A stretch of 64,000 nucleotides of DNA from Planctomycetia bacterium (GTDB lineage Bacteria > Planctomycetota > Planctomycetia > Pirellulales > UBA1268): the NCBI GenBank assembly GCA_037129475.1, contig JBAXUY010000002.1:50170-114169 (forward strand), given 5' to 3'. Positions 47,001 through 54,083 of this stretch are shown piece by piece. The position numbers and the translations under genes were made by a program. Below the pieces are notes generated by a model. The model worked only from the letters and a program-made list of their open reading frames with translations, did no database searches and was not told the DNA's origin. Each line of letters begins with the position of its first letter. Position 1 is the stretch's first letter.

Positions 47001-48568
47001 TGCGACTTGGCGTTTAGATCGAGTGTCGCGGCGCCCAGCGACAGCGTGCCGGTCGTGATGAGCCTGTTGTTGTCGCCCAGTTGCAGGGTGCCGGCACTCA
47101 CCGTCGTGAGGCCGGTATAGGTGTTGGAGCCATTGAGCAGGAGCGTGCCGGCGCCGGTCTTCGTGAGCGTCTTGCCTGAACCCGCGAGGACGGTACCCAC
47201 GGTGACGGTGCCCGAGGCGTTGCTGAAACTGAAGCCGGTGCTTCCGGTCGTCAGCGTTCCGCCCGTCACCGTGCCCGCCCCGGTGGCGCTGAAATTGCCG
47301 ATCGTCTCGGAGAAGCCGCCGAGATCGAACGTGCCGCTGGCCAGCGTGACGTTCGCCGTGTCGGCGATCCGGTTGCTCGCGCCCAGCTTGAGCGACCCCG
47401 CATTGATCGTGTAGTCGCCCGTGGACGTGTTGCTGCCGGACAGCACGAGCGTGCCGGCGCCGCTCTTGGCGAACGTGCCCGACCCCGCGAGGACCGTCGC
47501 GAGCGTGTTCGTGCCGGAGTCGATCTGGAACGAAAATCCGTTCGAGGCCGAGATCGTGCCGGAGCCGATGCCGACGTTCGTGGCGTTGAACTGGGCGAAC
47601 GACTGGGTGCCGGTCATCACGAGCGAGCCGCTCGTCATCGTGAGCGTGCCGCTGCCGGAGCCGAGGGCGTTGGCGACGCCGAGCGTGAGCGTGCCGCCGC
47701 CGCTCACGGTGGTCGTGTCCGTGTAGGTGTTGGTCGCGCTCAGCGTGAGGTTGCCGGAGCCCGTCTTCGTGAGGCCGCCCGAGCCGGCGAGGACGGTGCC
47801 GACCGTGGCCGTGCCGGCGTCGTTCGTGAATGAGTAGTTGCTGGCGGTGAGCGAGCCCCCGACGAGGCCGACGCCGGCGGACGCGGAGAACGTGCCTGAC
47901 GAGACGTTGAAACCCGTGAGATCGAGCACGCCGCCCGACATCGTGACGGCGCCGGTCGAGGGAAGCGCGACGTCCGAGGCCGCCTTCAGCGTGCCCGACG
48001 TGATCGTCGTGCCGCCCGAGTAGGAGTTGTTGCCGGAGAGCGCGAGCGTGCCCGGCCCGCTCAGCGTGAGCCCTCCCGCTCCGGCGATCACGCCCGACAG
48101 CGTGAGGGCGTTCGCGGAACTGTTGGTCACGAGGAGCGTGTCGTTGAGGCGCAGTTCCGCCGAAATCGTGTTGCTGCCGCTCGCGGCCGTCTGGTTCAGG
48201 ATGGCCGAGCCGGACGACGTGACGTCGAACGTGAGCTTGTTCGCGGGGGCCGCCGACGAGATCGTGTACGCCGCCGTCCCGGTGGGATCGCCGAGATCGA
48301 GCCTGCCGAGCGTCACAGGCCCGTTGAGCGAGATCGTTTGCCCACCAGTGATGTCGGCCGTGACGCTCGCCCAAGCGCCGACAGCATTCGGCGCAGTGCC
48401 GGTGCTCCACAACGAACCCGTTGTCCAAAGAAATGCACCACTGCCCGTCTGCAGCCACGTCACCTGCGCACTCGCCTCCGGCAGCCCCACGAGGGCCGCG
48501 ATCGCAAGGAGCAGGCCGCGGAGGGAGGCGGAGCGGAGGAAACCCATCCGTCGAAGGTCGTATGGCAT
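43934..48568 (-). CDS. Giant autotransporter-associated beta-strand repeat protein, N-terminal portion with signal peptide (upstream part of a frameshifted gene)
   Basis: ORF 43934..48691 with the start placed at MPYDLRRMGFLRSASLRGLLLAIAALVGLPEASAQ (ATG at 48568, alternative at 48547). The same repeat family continues throughout. The last 37 aa or so after the G8 tract (ARSCSATTPRSDPTRSCSRAATSTPPARTARSPTA) look like out-of-frame translation. Confidence 0.85.
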   Translation of the reverse strand: MPYDLRRMGFLRSASLRGLLLAIAALVGLPEASAQVTWLQTGSGAFLWTTGSLWSTGTAPNAVGAWASVTADITGGQTISLNGPVTLGRLDLGDPTGTAAYTISSAAPANKLTFDVTSSGSAILNQTAASGSNTISAELRLNDTLLVTNSSANALTLSGVIAGAGGLTLSGPGTLALSGNNSYSGGTTITSGTLKAASDVALPSTGAVTMSGGVLDLTGFNVSSGTFSASAGVGLVGGSLTASNYSFTNDAGTATVGTVLAGSGGLTKTGSGNLTLSATNTYTDTTTVSGGGTLTLGVANALGSGSGTLTMTSGSLVMTGTQSFAQFNATNVGIGSGTISASNGFSFQIDSGTNTLATVLAGSGTFAKSGAGTLVLSGSNTSTGDYTINAGSLKLGASNRIADTANVTLASGTFDLGGFSETIGNFSATGAGTVTGGTLTTGSTGFSFSNASGTVTVGTVLAGSGKTLTKTGAGTLLLNGSNTYTGLTTVSAGTLQLGDNNRLITTGTLSLGAATLDLNAKSQQLAALNITSGTSTITSGTLTATGSFSASVATGTATVNATLAGAAGLTKSGAGTLLLNGTSTYTGATTLAGGTLKLGGSNVLASTGTLSITGAGTFDLGAGNSQTLASGSVTSGTSAITSGTLTVNGPFTANFASGTATIGSVLTGSMSLANNGAGLLLLNAANTYTGSTSISAGTLKLGGADRLLTTGTLSMSGGTFDLGGFSQTLASFSLTGGTVSTGTLSAGSYAVNNAGAAAINSVLGNGGTLTKDGAGNLTIGAGGSVSGSVTLKAGTLTNSVANGITGNVTVNGGTFTGASATSLGTLTLGGGGGAVTNTGTLTATAINVTAASGTTTFSAPLSGSSGSFTRTGTGTLVMSGSLAAYTATVSTGSAGLVQAGNNSSLGTGLLTLEGAQLSSNSTTARTFANTQIRVVADTMLGDAVNTGTLTFASGTGTLVGDRTLTLASDVAFTRLSGTGAFTKAGAGTLTLSGSNGFGGTTITGGGLTLAASSTLTGNVLVNTSGTLTNSSAGANALSGTVTLDGGAFATTVSTTVGRLQVQGAGGSLLNTGTITATNGINVTATSGTVAFTAPISGTSSFDRSGSATLVMNTANTGYSGTATLGGSGLVQLATGTAFGTGALSIGGIQLSSNGATARSIANNSVQFTGNSTLGDAVNTGSLTFTGTSSLVGSGTLSFASDVLFTRGLTGSNAFTKTGTGTLTLNGTSSFGGGGTVSEGTLAVSGSGTKLNGAIAVSGSGTLLNSATNGVAGDVTINAGGVFANMVTNTATSLTVAGGTFSGSGNTTVTTLALSGPGDLVNTGTLRFTSGTATAASGTTTLATTLAGSGTFVHAGAGTLLVTGTNTGYSGPVSLNAGTTLVGSGTALGTGTLSLGGGTLATSGTVAQALGNSRVSFDGNTTFGSGTNNAALTLSSTGVLTGDRTLTLGADVTLTGPLTGSYGFTKAGNSTLTLNGANTYSGTTNVSAGTLIVSASAGAGKNGTTNVQGGARSCSATTPRSDPTRSCSRAATSTPPARTARSPTA
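44041..44048 (-). repeat. G8 homopolymer (C8 on the plus strand) at the junction of the two giant ORFs
   Basis: The coding strand reads AAC GTG CAG GGG GGG GCT CGC TCG. With 9 G it reads Q G G G S L V L G N D A A L G, which is exactly the frame of ORF 37443..44033. Confidence 0.9.
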
Positions 48569-48918
48569 GGTGGAACGCGGGAGGTGGGGTCGGGGCGGGA
48601 TTGAGGGGTGGGCAAGACGAACGGGCTGGGCTGACAACTCTGCCCGGTAAAACTCTGCGGTGTCGTTCATGGCTCGAGAATCAGCGATCACGCACCCGAA
48701 GGCGTGAACTGACGAGCGAAACGAGGGCCGACGACCGCGGGGAGAGGCTTACAACCAGAACGACCGGAACAATCCGTTCCGATCACACCGGCTATCGCCG
48801 ATAAGAACACTGCCGCAAAAGAAGGCCAGCGATTCTGCTCAGGCAGAACACGTTGACGGGTGCGTGCAGTAGCGTTTCCTTGGGAATCTTGGGGGCGGAT
48901 CGTTCCGCCGACCCATGT

Positions 48919-48946
48919 AGGGTACGTGGCCATTCCGGTGTGTCAA
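48919..48946 (-). promoter_or_regulatory. Candidate promoter of the giant surface-protein gene
   Basis: The minus strand reads TTGACA-16 nt-TACCCT, with an A/T-rich stretch (AAAATCAATTTCAGGCAATCCAAATTC) directly upstream. It lies in the least GC-rich patch of the window, about 350 nt upstream of the start codon. Confidence 0.35.
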
Positions 48947-49232
48947 GAATTTGGATTGCCTGAAATTGATTTTGCGCGATCCGACAATCCCGTGCGCAAA
49001 CCGTTGCTGTGCAATGCTTTCCGGGGGCGCCGCCCTGCCGAATTCACCCGCGAGAGGGGGTGATGGCTATGCTCGCGCATCCGATTGCCCCGCTGTGCGC
49101 GGCCTGCGGCTGCGGGGGTTCATCGACCTCGATTCTGATGGCTTCGTGGCCGAGGTGAAGAAGATCCGCGGCAAGAAAAACCCGCTCTCCACGGCCGCAG
49201 TCACAAGCCTGCGGGAGGAGTTCGCCGGCGCC

Positions 49233-49346
49233 GCGATCGCCCGCCGGGTGGAGCAGGGGCTTGCCACCGACGACGGCTCGCGCGTGCGGCTCACGCGGGC
49301 GGGGCTGCTCGTGTCCGACGCGCTGTGGGCCGACGTGCTCACGTAG
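49233..49346 (+). pseudogene. Duplicated 3' fragment of hemW (last 37 or so codons), fused to unrelated upstream sequence
   Basis: It encodes AIARRVEQGLATDDGSRVRLTRAGLLVSDALWADVLT, against AIARWVERGLATDDGARVRLTRAGLLVSDALWADVLT at the hemW C-terminus. The DNA is identical over 49279..49368 versus 37383..37472. No hemW-like sequence lies upstream of 49233. Confidence 0.7.
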
Positions 49347-49454
49347 GGACGGAGCTCCAGCTCTGTCCATCCGACAGGCCTGGAGGCCCGTCGCTACGTT
49401 CATTCGACAGGCCTGGAGGCCTGTCGCTACGTCGGTCTGGAGGCCCGTCGCTAC
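49343..49454 (+). repeat. REP-like element cluster (copy f: hairpin 1 plus three copies of hairpin 2)
   Basis: GTAGGGACGGAGCTCCAGCTCTGTCC, then CGACAGGCCTGGAGGCCCGTCGCTAC, CGACAGGCCTGGAGGCCTGTCGCTAC and a truncated GGTCTGGAGGCCCGTCGCTAC. The pntB stop (CTA on the plus strand, 49451..49453) is inside the last unit. Confidence 0.85.
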
Positions 49455-50881
49455 GAGAGGGCGGCGGTGAGGTCGAGAATCGCCTTCTTGCCGTCGGCGA
49501 AGTACATGAGCGTGTTGTCGGCGGCGAAGAGGGGATTGGGGATCCCCGCGAAGCCGGGCGAGAGCGATCGCTTCACCACGACCACTGTCTTCGCCTTGTC
49601 GACGTCGAGGATCGGCATCCCTGCGATCGGGCTCTTGGGGTCGGTGCGGGCCGATGGGTTCACCACGTCGTTGGCCCCGATCACGATCGCCACGTCGGTC
49701 TCCGGGAACGTGGGGTTGATGTCGTCCATCTCCCGGAGCTTCTCGTAGGGGATGTCGGCCTCCGCGAGGAGCACGTTCATGTGGCCCGGCATCCGGCCGG
49801 CTACGGGATGGATCGCGTACTCCACCGTCGTGCCCCGCTTCTCGAGGGCGTTCGCCAGCTCGCGGACGGCGTGCTGGGCCTGGGCCACGGCGAGGCCGTA
49901 GCCGGGCACGATCACCACCCGCTCGGCCCCTTCGAGCACCATCGCGATCTCCTCGGCGCTCGCGCTCTTCACCTTGCCCGCGTAGACGTCGTCGGCGTTC
50001 GCCGCCGTCGTCGTGCCGAGGCCACCGAAGAGCACGCCTGCGAGCGAGCGGTTCATCGCCTGGCACATGATCGCCGTGAGGATCAGCCCCGAGGCACCCA
50101 CCAGCGAGCCGGCGATCACGAGCACCGAGTTGTCGATCACGAAGCCGGCCGCGGCCGCGGCGAGGCCCGAATAACTGTTGAGAAGACAGATCACGACCGG
50201 CATGTCGGCCCCGCCGATCGGCATCGTGAGCGTGCAGCCCAAGGCGCTGCCCACGATCACGAGCAGCCAGAAGAGCAGGTTCGACGACGGGTTGGCACAC
50301 ACGCCCCAGATGAGCAGGAGCGTGGCGACGGCGAGGCCGAGGTTGATCCAATGGCGGTTGGGATCGGTCCACGCCTTCTTGAACTGCGGCAGCTCCTCGA
50401 GCTTGCCGAAGGCCACGAGGCTGCCCCAGAACGTGACGGCGCCGATCAGGCCGGTGAGCGCCGTGGCGATCGCGAACTGCGTCCAGGCGGGGAGCGGCGT
50501 GGCTGCGGCCTTGGCCGCGGCCGTGGCGTTCCAGAGCTCGGCGCCGGCCACGAGCGTGGAGGCCGCGCCGCCGAAGCCGTTCAAGAGCGCCACCATCTGC
50601 GGCATGCCCGTCATCGGATACTTGAGCGCCATCACCGCCCCGATCGCGCCGCCGATCGCTGCGGCAATCCCGAGCATCACGAGCGGCCAGGCGCCCTGGG
50701 CCGCCACGCTCTGCATCACGGGCTTCTCGAAGCAGGCTGCGAGGATCGCGATCGCCATGCCGGCGGCGCCGAGGTAGTTGCCCTTCACGGCCGTGCGTGG
50801 GCCCGTCATGAGCTTGAACGCCACGATGAACAGCATCGAGGCGGTGAGATACGCGAGGTTGATCCAGGCTTGGCTCGACAT
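49451..50881 (-). CDS. pntB: NAD(P) transhydrogenase subunit beta
   Basis: Full-length PntB pattern: an N-terminal polytopic domain and a C-terminal NADP(H) domain (VIVPGYGLAVAQAQH...HPVAGRMPGHMNVLLAEA...VIGANDVVNP). Confidence 0.95.
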   Translation of the reverse strand: MSSQAWINLAYLTASMLFIVAFKLMTGPRTAVKGNYLGAAGMAIAILAACFEKPVMQSVAAQGAWPLVMLGIAAAIGGAIGAVMALKYPMTGMPQMVALLNGFGGAASTLVAGAELWNATAAAKAAATPLPAWTQFAIATALTGLIGAVTFWGSLVAFGKLEELPQFKKAWTDPNRHWINLGLAVATLLLIWGVCANPSSNLLFWLLVIVGSALGCTLTMPIGGADMPVVICLLNSYSGLAAAAAGFVIDNSVLVIAGSLVGASGLILTAIMCQAMNRSLAGVLFGGLGTTTAANADDVYAGKVKSASAEEIAMVLEGAERVVIVPGYGLAVAQAQHAVRELANALEKRGTTVEYAIHPVAGRMPGHMNVLLAEADIPYEKLREMDDINPTFPETDVAIVIGANDVVNPSARTDPKSPIAGMPILDVDKAKTVVVVKRSLSPGFAGIPNPLFAADNTLMYFADGKKAILDLTAALS

Positions 50882-50902
50882 GCTGGTCTACTTCTTCCTG
50901 GG

Positions 50903-51250
50903 CTACTTCTTTTTGGGCTGGAACATTTCGAGCATGCGGTGGGTGACGACGAAGCCGCCCGCCACGTTGATCATCGCGAGCACGACGGCGAGGAACCCGA
51001 GCAGCGTGCCGGCACCGGTCGCGAGGGCGCCTGCCACCACGATCGCGCCCACGGCCGTGATCCCCGAGATCGCGTTCGAACCGCTCGTGAGCGGCGTGTG
51101 GAGCCGCTGCGGCACTTTCGTGATCACCTCGAAGCCCACCCACATCGCGAGCAGGAACACGGTGAGCAGCCGGATGAACCGCGAGGCGGAATCCTCGGGC
51201 AGGGCAGCCTCGGCGAAAAGCAGGGGAACGATGAGCGACGGCATCGGCAA
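50903..51250 (-). CDS. pntAB: NAD(P) transhydrogenase subunit alpha, part 2 (membrane)
   Basis: 115 aa with three TM helices. HTPLMS-like TPLTSGSNAISGI ... NVAGGFVVTHRMLEMF. Confidence 0.9.
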   Translation of the reverse strand: MPMPSLIVPLLFAEAALPEDSASRFIRLLTVFLLAMWVGFEVITKVPQRLHTPLTSGSNAISGITAVGAIVVAGALATGAGTLLGFLAVVLAMINVAGGFVVTHRMLEMFQPKKK

Positions 51251-51292
51251 GGCTCCGCGGACAAATGGACGAGGGAGGTTCTCAGGTGCTGG

Positions 51293-52483
51293 CTAGGCGG
51301 CGGGGGCGGGGACGAGTGGCGGCAGGCCGGCCCGCTCGCGGACCTTCGGGTGCACGAGCTGCCCGCCTTTCGCCACGAGCGTGTCGCGGTAGATCTCGTC
51401 GTCGGCCGAGACGTCGGGGAAGCCGCACTTGGCGAGATGGCCGAGGAACGTGGCCACGTTCTTGGCGTACAGCTGGCTCGTGTGAAACGGCACCTCCGCG
51501 GCGAGGTTCGTGGGGCCGAGGATCGTGACGCCGTCGAGGATCACGGAGTCATCGGCGACGGAGCCCTCGCAGTTGCCGCCGCGCTCGGCCGCCATGTCGA
51601 CGATCACGCTGCCCGGCCGCATCCGGGCCACCATCTCGCGGGTCACGAGCACCGGGGCCTTTTGGCCGGGGATCAAGGCCGTGCAGATCACGATGTCGCT
51701 GTCGGCCACGACCTTGCCGAGGAGCTCACGCTGCTTCGCGTAAAACTCCTCGCCCATCGCCTTCGCATACCCGCCGGCCGCTTCGCTCGCGCCCGTCTCG
51801 AGCGGCAGCTCCACGAACTTCGCCCCGAGGCTCTGCACCTGCTCCTTCACGGCGGGCCGCACGTCGTAGGCGCTCACTTGCGCCCCGAGCCGCTTGGCCG
51901 TGGCGATCGCCTGGAGGCCGGCGACGCCGGCGCCCAGGATCAGCGCCTTCGCGGGCGTGACGGTGCCGGCGGCCGTCGTCATCATGGGCAGGATGCGGGG
52001 CAGGGCGGTGGCGGCCACGAGCACGGCGCGATAGCCCGCGATGTTGGCCTGGCTCGAGAGCACGTCCATGCTCTGGGCCCGCGTGATCCGCGGCACGAGT
52101 TCGAGCGAGAAGAGCGTGGCGCCTTTTTCAGCCGCCTCGCGGCAGGCGTCGGGCGTGGAGAGCGGGTCGCAGAGGCCGATGATCACGAGGCCGGGGCGGA
52201 TGCGGTCGCGGTCGGCGCACCACGAGTCGCCGCAGGCGCCGGCCGTGCGGATCGCGAGCACGCAGTCGGACGCGAACACGGCCTCGTGCGACACGATCTC
52301 GGCGCCGGCCGCGCGATAGGCGTCGTCGGAGAAGCCGGCGGCGGCGCCTGCTCCGCTCTCGACGAGGATCTCGATCCCGCCGGGCAGCGTGGCGCAGGCC
52401 TTCTTCAAGGGCGCGATGGCGGCCGGCACGAGGGCCACGCGGCGCTCCCCCGGAAATGTCTCTTTCGCGACGGCAACCTTCAT
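51293..52483 (-). CDS. pntAA: NAD(P) transhydrogenase subunit alpha, part 1 (NAD(H)-binding)
   Basis: MKVAVAKETFPGERRVALVP ... RITRAQSMDVLSSQANIAGYRAV ... ILGAGVAGLQAIATAKRLGA. Confidence 0.95.
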   Translation of the reverse strand: MKVAVAKETFPGERRVALVPAAIAPLKKACATLPGGIEILVESGAGAAAGFSDDAYRAAGAEIVSHEAVFASDCVLAIRTAGACGDSWCADRDRIRPGLVIIGLCDPLSTPDACREAAEKGATLFSLELVPRITRAQSMDVLSSQANIAGYRAVLVAATALPRILPMMTTAAGTVTPAKALILGAGVAGLQAIATAKRLGAQVSAYDVRPAVKEQVQSLGAKFVELPLETGASEAAGGYAKAMGEEFYAKQRELLGKVVADSDIVICTALIPGQKAPVLVTREMVARMRPGSVIVDMAAERGGNCEGSVADDSVILDGVTILGPTNLAAEVPFHTSQLYAKNVATFLGHLAKCGFPDVSADDEIYRDTLVAKGGQLVHPKVRERAGLPPLVPAPAA

Positions 52484-52645
52484 GGCAGCACAGCCTGTGG
52501 CAGGAGGAACGAACGGCGGAGACGCCTCGGGGATTGGCGGCCAGTGTGATCCGCCGCACCGAGGCTGGCAACACCGCGGCCGGCCGGCGGTTTTCCACGG
52601 CGGAAAGAGGCGTTTTCAGTCTTCGCCGCGTGGCGTCGTGGCCGC

Positions 52646-52674
52646 TTGCCGGGGTGTCGGGGCATTGGTAGCAT
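52646..52674 (+). promoter_or_regulatory. Candidate sigma70-type promoter of rplM-rpsI
   Basis: TTGCCG-17 nt-TAGCAT, about 65 nt upstream of the rplM ATG. Confidence 0.35.
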
Positions 52675-52738
52675 CCGGGGCTCTCCGAGAAGAGCGGCGA
52701 AGGCCGCACCATCCGCAGTCAGGACAGGTACGAGATCG

Positions 52739-53173
52739 ATGAAGACATTCATGGCGAAGCCGGGCGAGGTCGAGCAGCGATGGTGGCTGGTCGATGCCAA
52801 CGACAAGATCGTCGGCCGGCTGGCGAGCGAGATCGCGATGCTGCTCATGGGCAAGCACCGCCCCACCTACACCCCCCACGTCGACACCGGCGACTTCGTC
52901 GTGGTGATCAACGCCGACAAGGTGCAGTTCACCGGCAAGAAGTGGCAGCAGAAGGAATACCGCTGGTACACGGGATACCAAGGTCTGAAGTCGGAAACCG
53001 CGGAGCACCGGCTGCAGCGGCGGCCCGAGCTGATCCTCGAGGAGGCCGTGCGGCGCATGCTGCCAAAGTCACGTCTCGGTCGCGTGATGCTCGACAAGCT
53101 CAAGGTCTACGCCGGCACCGATCATCCGCACCAGGCCCAGCAGCCCGAGGCCCTCGAGATCGGCGCGAAGTAG
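52739..53173 (+). CDS. rplM: 50S ribosomal protein L13
   Basis: [62 protein letters not shown]... Confidence 0.97.
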   Translation: MKTFMAKPGEVEQRWWLVDANDKIVGRLASEIAMLLMGKHRPTYTPHVDTGDFVVVINADKVQFTGKKWQQKEYRWYTGYQGLKSETAEHRLQRRPELILEEAVRRMLPKSRLGRVMLDKLKVYAGTDHPHQAQQPEALEIGAK

Positions 53174-53223
53174 TCCACCAGTCACCTCCGGAATTCACGC
53201 GAAGGAATCAAAGGAATCATTCG

Positions 53224-53643
53224 ATGGCCGCCGAGCAGACCGCAAAATCCGTCCGCACCACCGACATCCTGGCCACGGGCCGCCGCAAGACGGCCGTCGC
53301 TCGCGTGCGGCTTCGCAACGGTTCGGGCAAGATCTCGGTCAACGGCCGCGCGTTGGACGCATATTTTCCGGCAGTGAAGGATCGCGTGCTCGTCTCGGGA
53401 GCGCTCGAGACGGTCGGCAAGCAGTCGGCCGTGAACATCGACATCACGGTGGACGGCGGTGGGGCATCCGGCCAGGCCGGCGCCTGCCGCCTCGGCATCG
53501 CCCGGGCGCTGAAGGCGTTCGACTCGGAACTCGCCGAGCCGCTTCGCCACAGCAAACTGCTGACGCGCGACGGCCGCATGAAGGAACGCAAGAAGTACGG
53601 CCTCCGTGGCGCCCGCCGCGGCACGCAGTTCAGCAAGCGATAG
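53224..53643 (+). CDS. rpsI: 30S ribosomal protein S9
   Basis: ATGRRKTAVARVRL ... GGGASGQAGACRLGIARAL ... LTRDGRMKERKKYGLRGARRGTQFSKR. Confidence 0.97.
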   Translation: MAAEQTAKSVRTTDILATGRRKTAVARVRLRNGSGKISVNGRALDAYFPAVKDRVLVSGALETVGKQSAVNIDITVDGGGASGQAGACRLGIARALKAFDSELAEPLRHSKLLTRDGRMKERKKYGLRGARRGTQFSKR

Positions 53644-53893
53644 CCTTTCGAGATTCTCGGCGGATTGCCATCGAGAAGGCCGGGCAGCCGATAACGACCC
53701 GCCCTCGGAGCCGAAGAGAGGCATGCTCGAGGGATGCTTCACGGAACGGCATGGCATCCTGCCGTCCGTTCCTTGGCCGACCTCCGTTGGCTGGTGCTGA
53801 CCCGGCCCTCCGGCCCTGGCGCGGAACAAGTCCTCAACGACTCCCTTCGTCTGCGCGTGCCCCCGACCGACTCCGCCGAACGTTCTTGGCGCT

Positions 53894-53947
53894 GTAGCGA
53901 CAGGCCTCCAGGCCTGTCGCTCGACAGAGCTGGAGCTCTGTCGCTAC
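53894..53947 (-). repeat. REP-like two-hairpin element (copy g, inverted orientation, both stems perfect)
   Basis: The plus strand reads GTAGCGACAGGCCT-CC-AGGCCTGTCGC-T-CGACAGAGCT-GG-AGCTCTGTCGCTAC, the reverse complement of the arrangement at the other loci. Confidence 0.85.
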
Positions 53948-54083
53948 GGAGCCGGCGCAGGCTTCGAAGAGCGCCGGGCGGCACAACCGGCATATCTGGC
54001 CCAGAGGGCGGATTTCTTCCGGTCGGATGCCGAAGGCATACTCATGGGGTAGGCCGACCCCAGTTCCCGGAGGATGCCCTGCC

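Noticed and set aside
38869-47726. Regular ladder of plus-strand ORFs of about 100 aa that might look like a tandem array of small genes.
   Set aside because: They are antisense to the giant repeat protein. Their periodic stops come from the antisense reading of the conserved N-T-Y codons. Their Val/Pro/Ser-rich products are mirror images of the Thr/Gly/Ala/Leu/Ser-rich sense protein.
48951-49346. 131 aa ORF as a genuine small gene.
   Set aside because: Its last 37 or so codons are a duplicated hemW tail. Its N-terminal part lies in low-GC leader DNA with no protein-like features. It is best read as a chimeric remnant created by the duplication or insertion.
49343-49454. Closely spaced repeated palindromes that superficially resemble a tiny CRISPR array.
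   Set aside because: The repeat units are separated by only 3-7 nt rather than spacers of about 30 nt. There are no cas genes, and the same palindromes occur singly elsewhere. They are REP-like elements.
49325-52549. Very long alternative-frame or antisense ORFs. Examples: 1,074 aa at 49325..52549 (+), 955 aa at 56100..58967 (-), 892 aa at 11166..13844 (-), 664 aa at 17737..19731 (+), 603 aa at 14848..16659 (-), 454 aa at 4386..5750 (-), and 702 aa and 1,462 aa inside the giant gene.
   Set aside because: They are Arg/Pro/Gly/Ala/His-rich with no recognisable motifs. Each overlaps a gene with a clear family signature (pnt genes, ABC module, fba/kdsD, sugar porter, KAS and others). Long stop-free shadow frames are expected at this GC content.
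12593-53947. Recurring peptide strings VGTELQLCP, DRPGGPSLR and DRAGALSLR in many unrelated ORFs, suggesting a shared protein domain.
   Set aside because: They are translations of the REP-like palindromes in different frames and strands, always at ORF ends or in intergenic DNA. They are not a domain.
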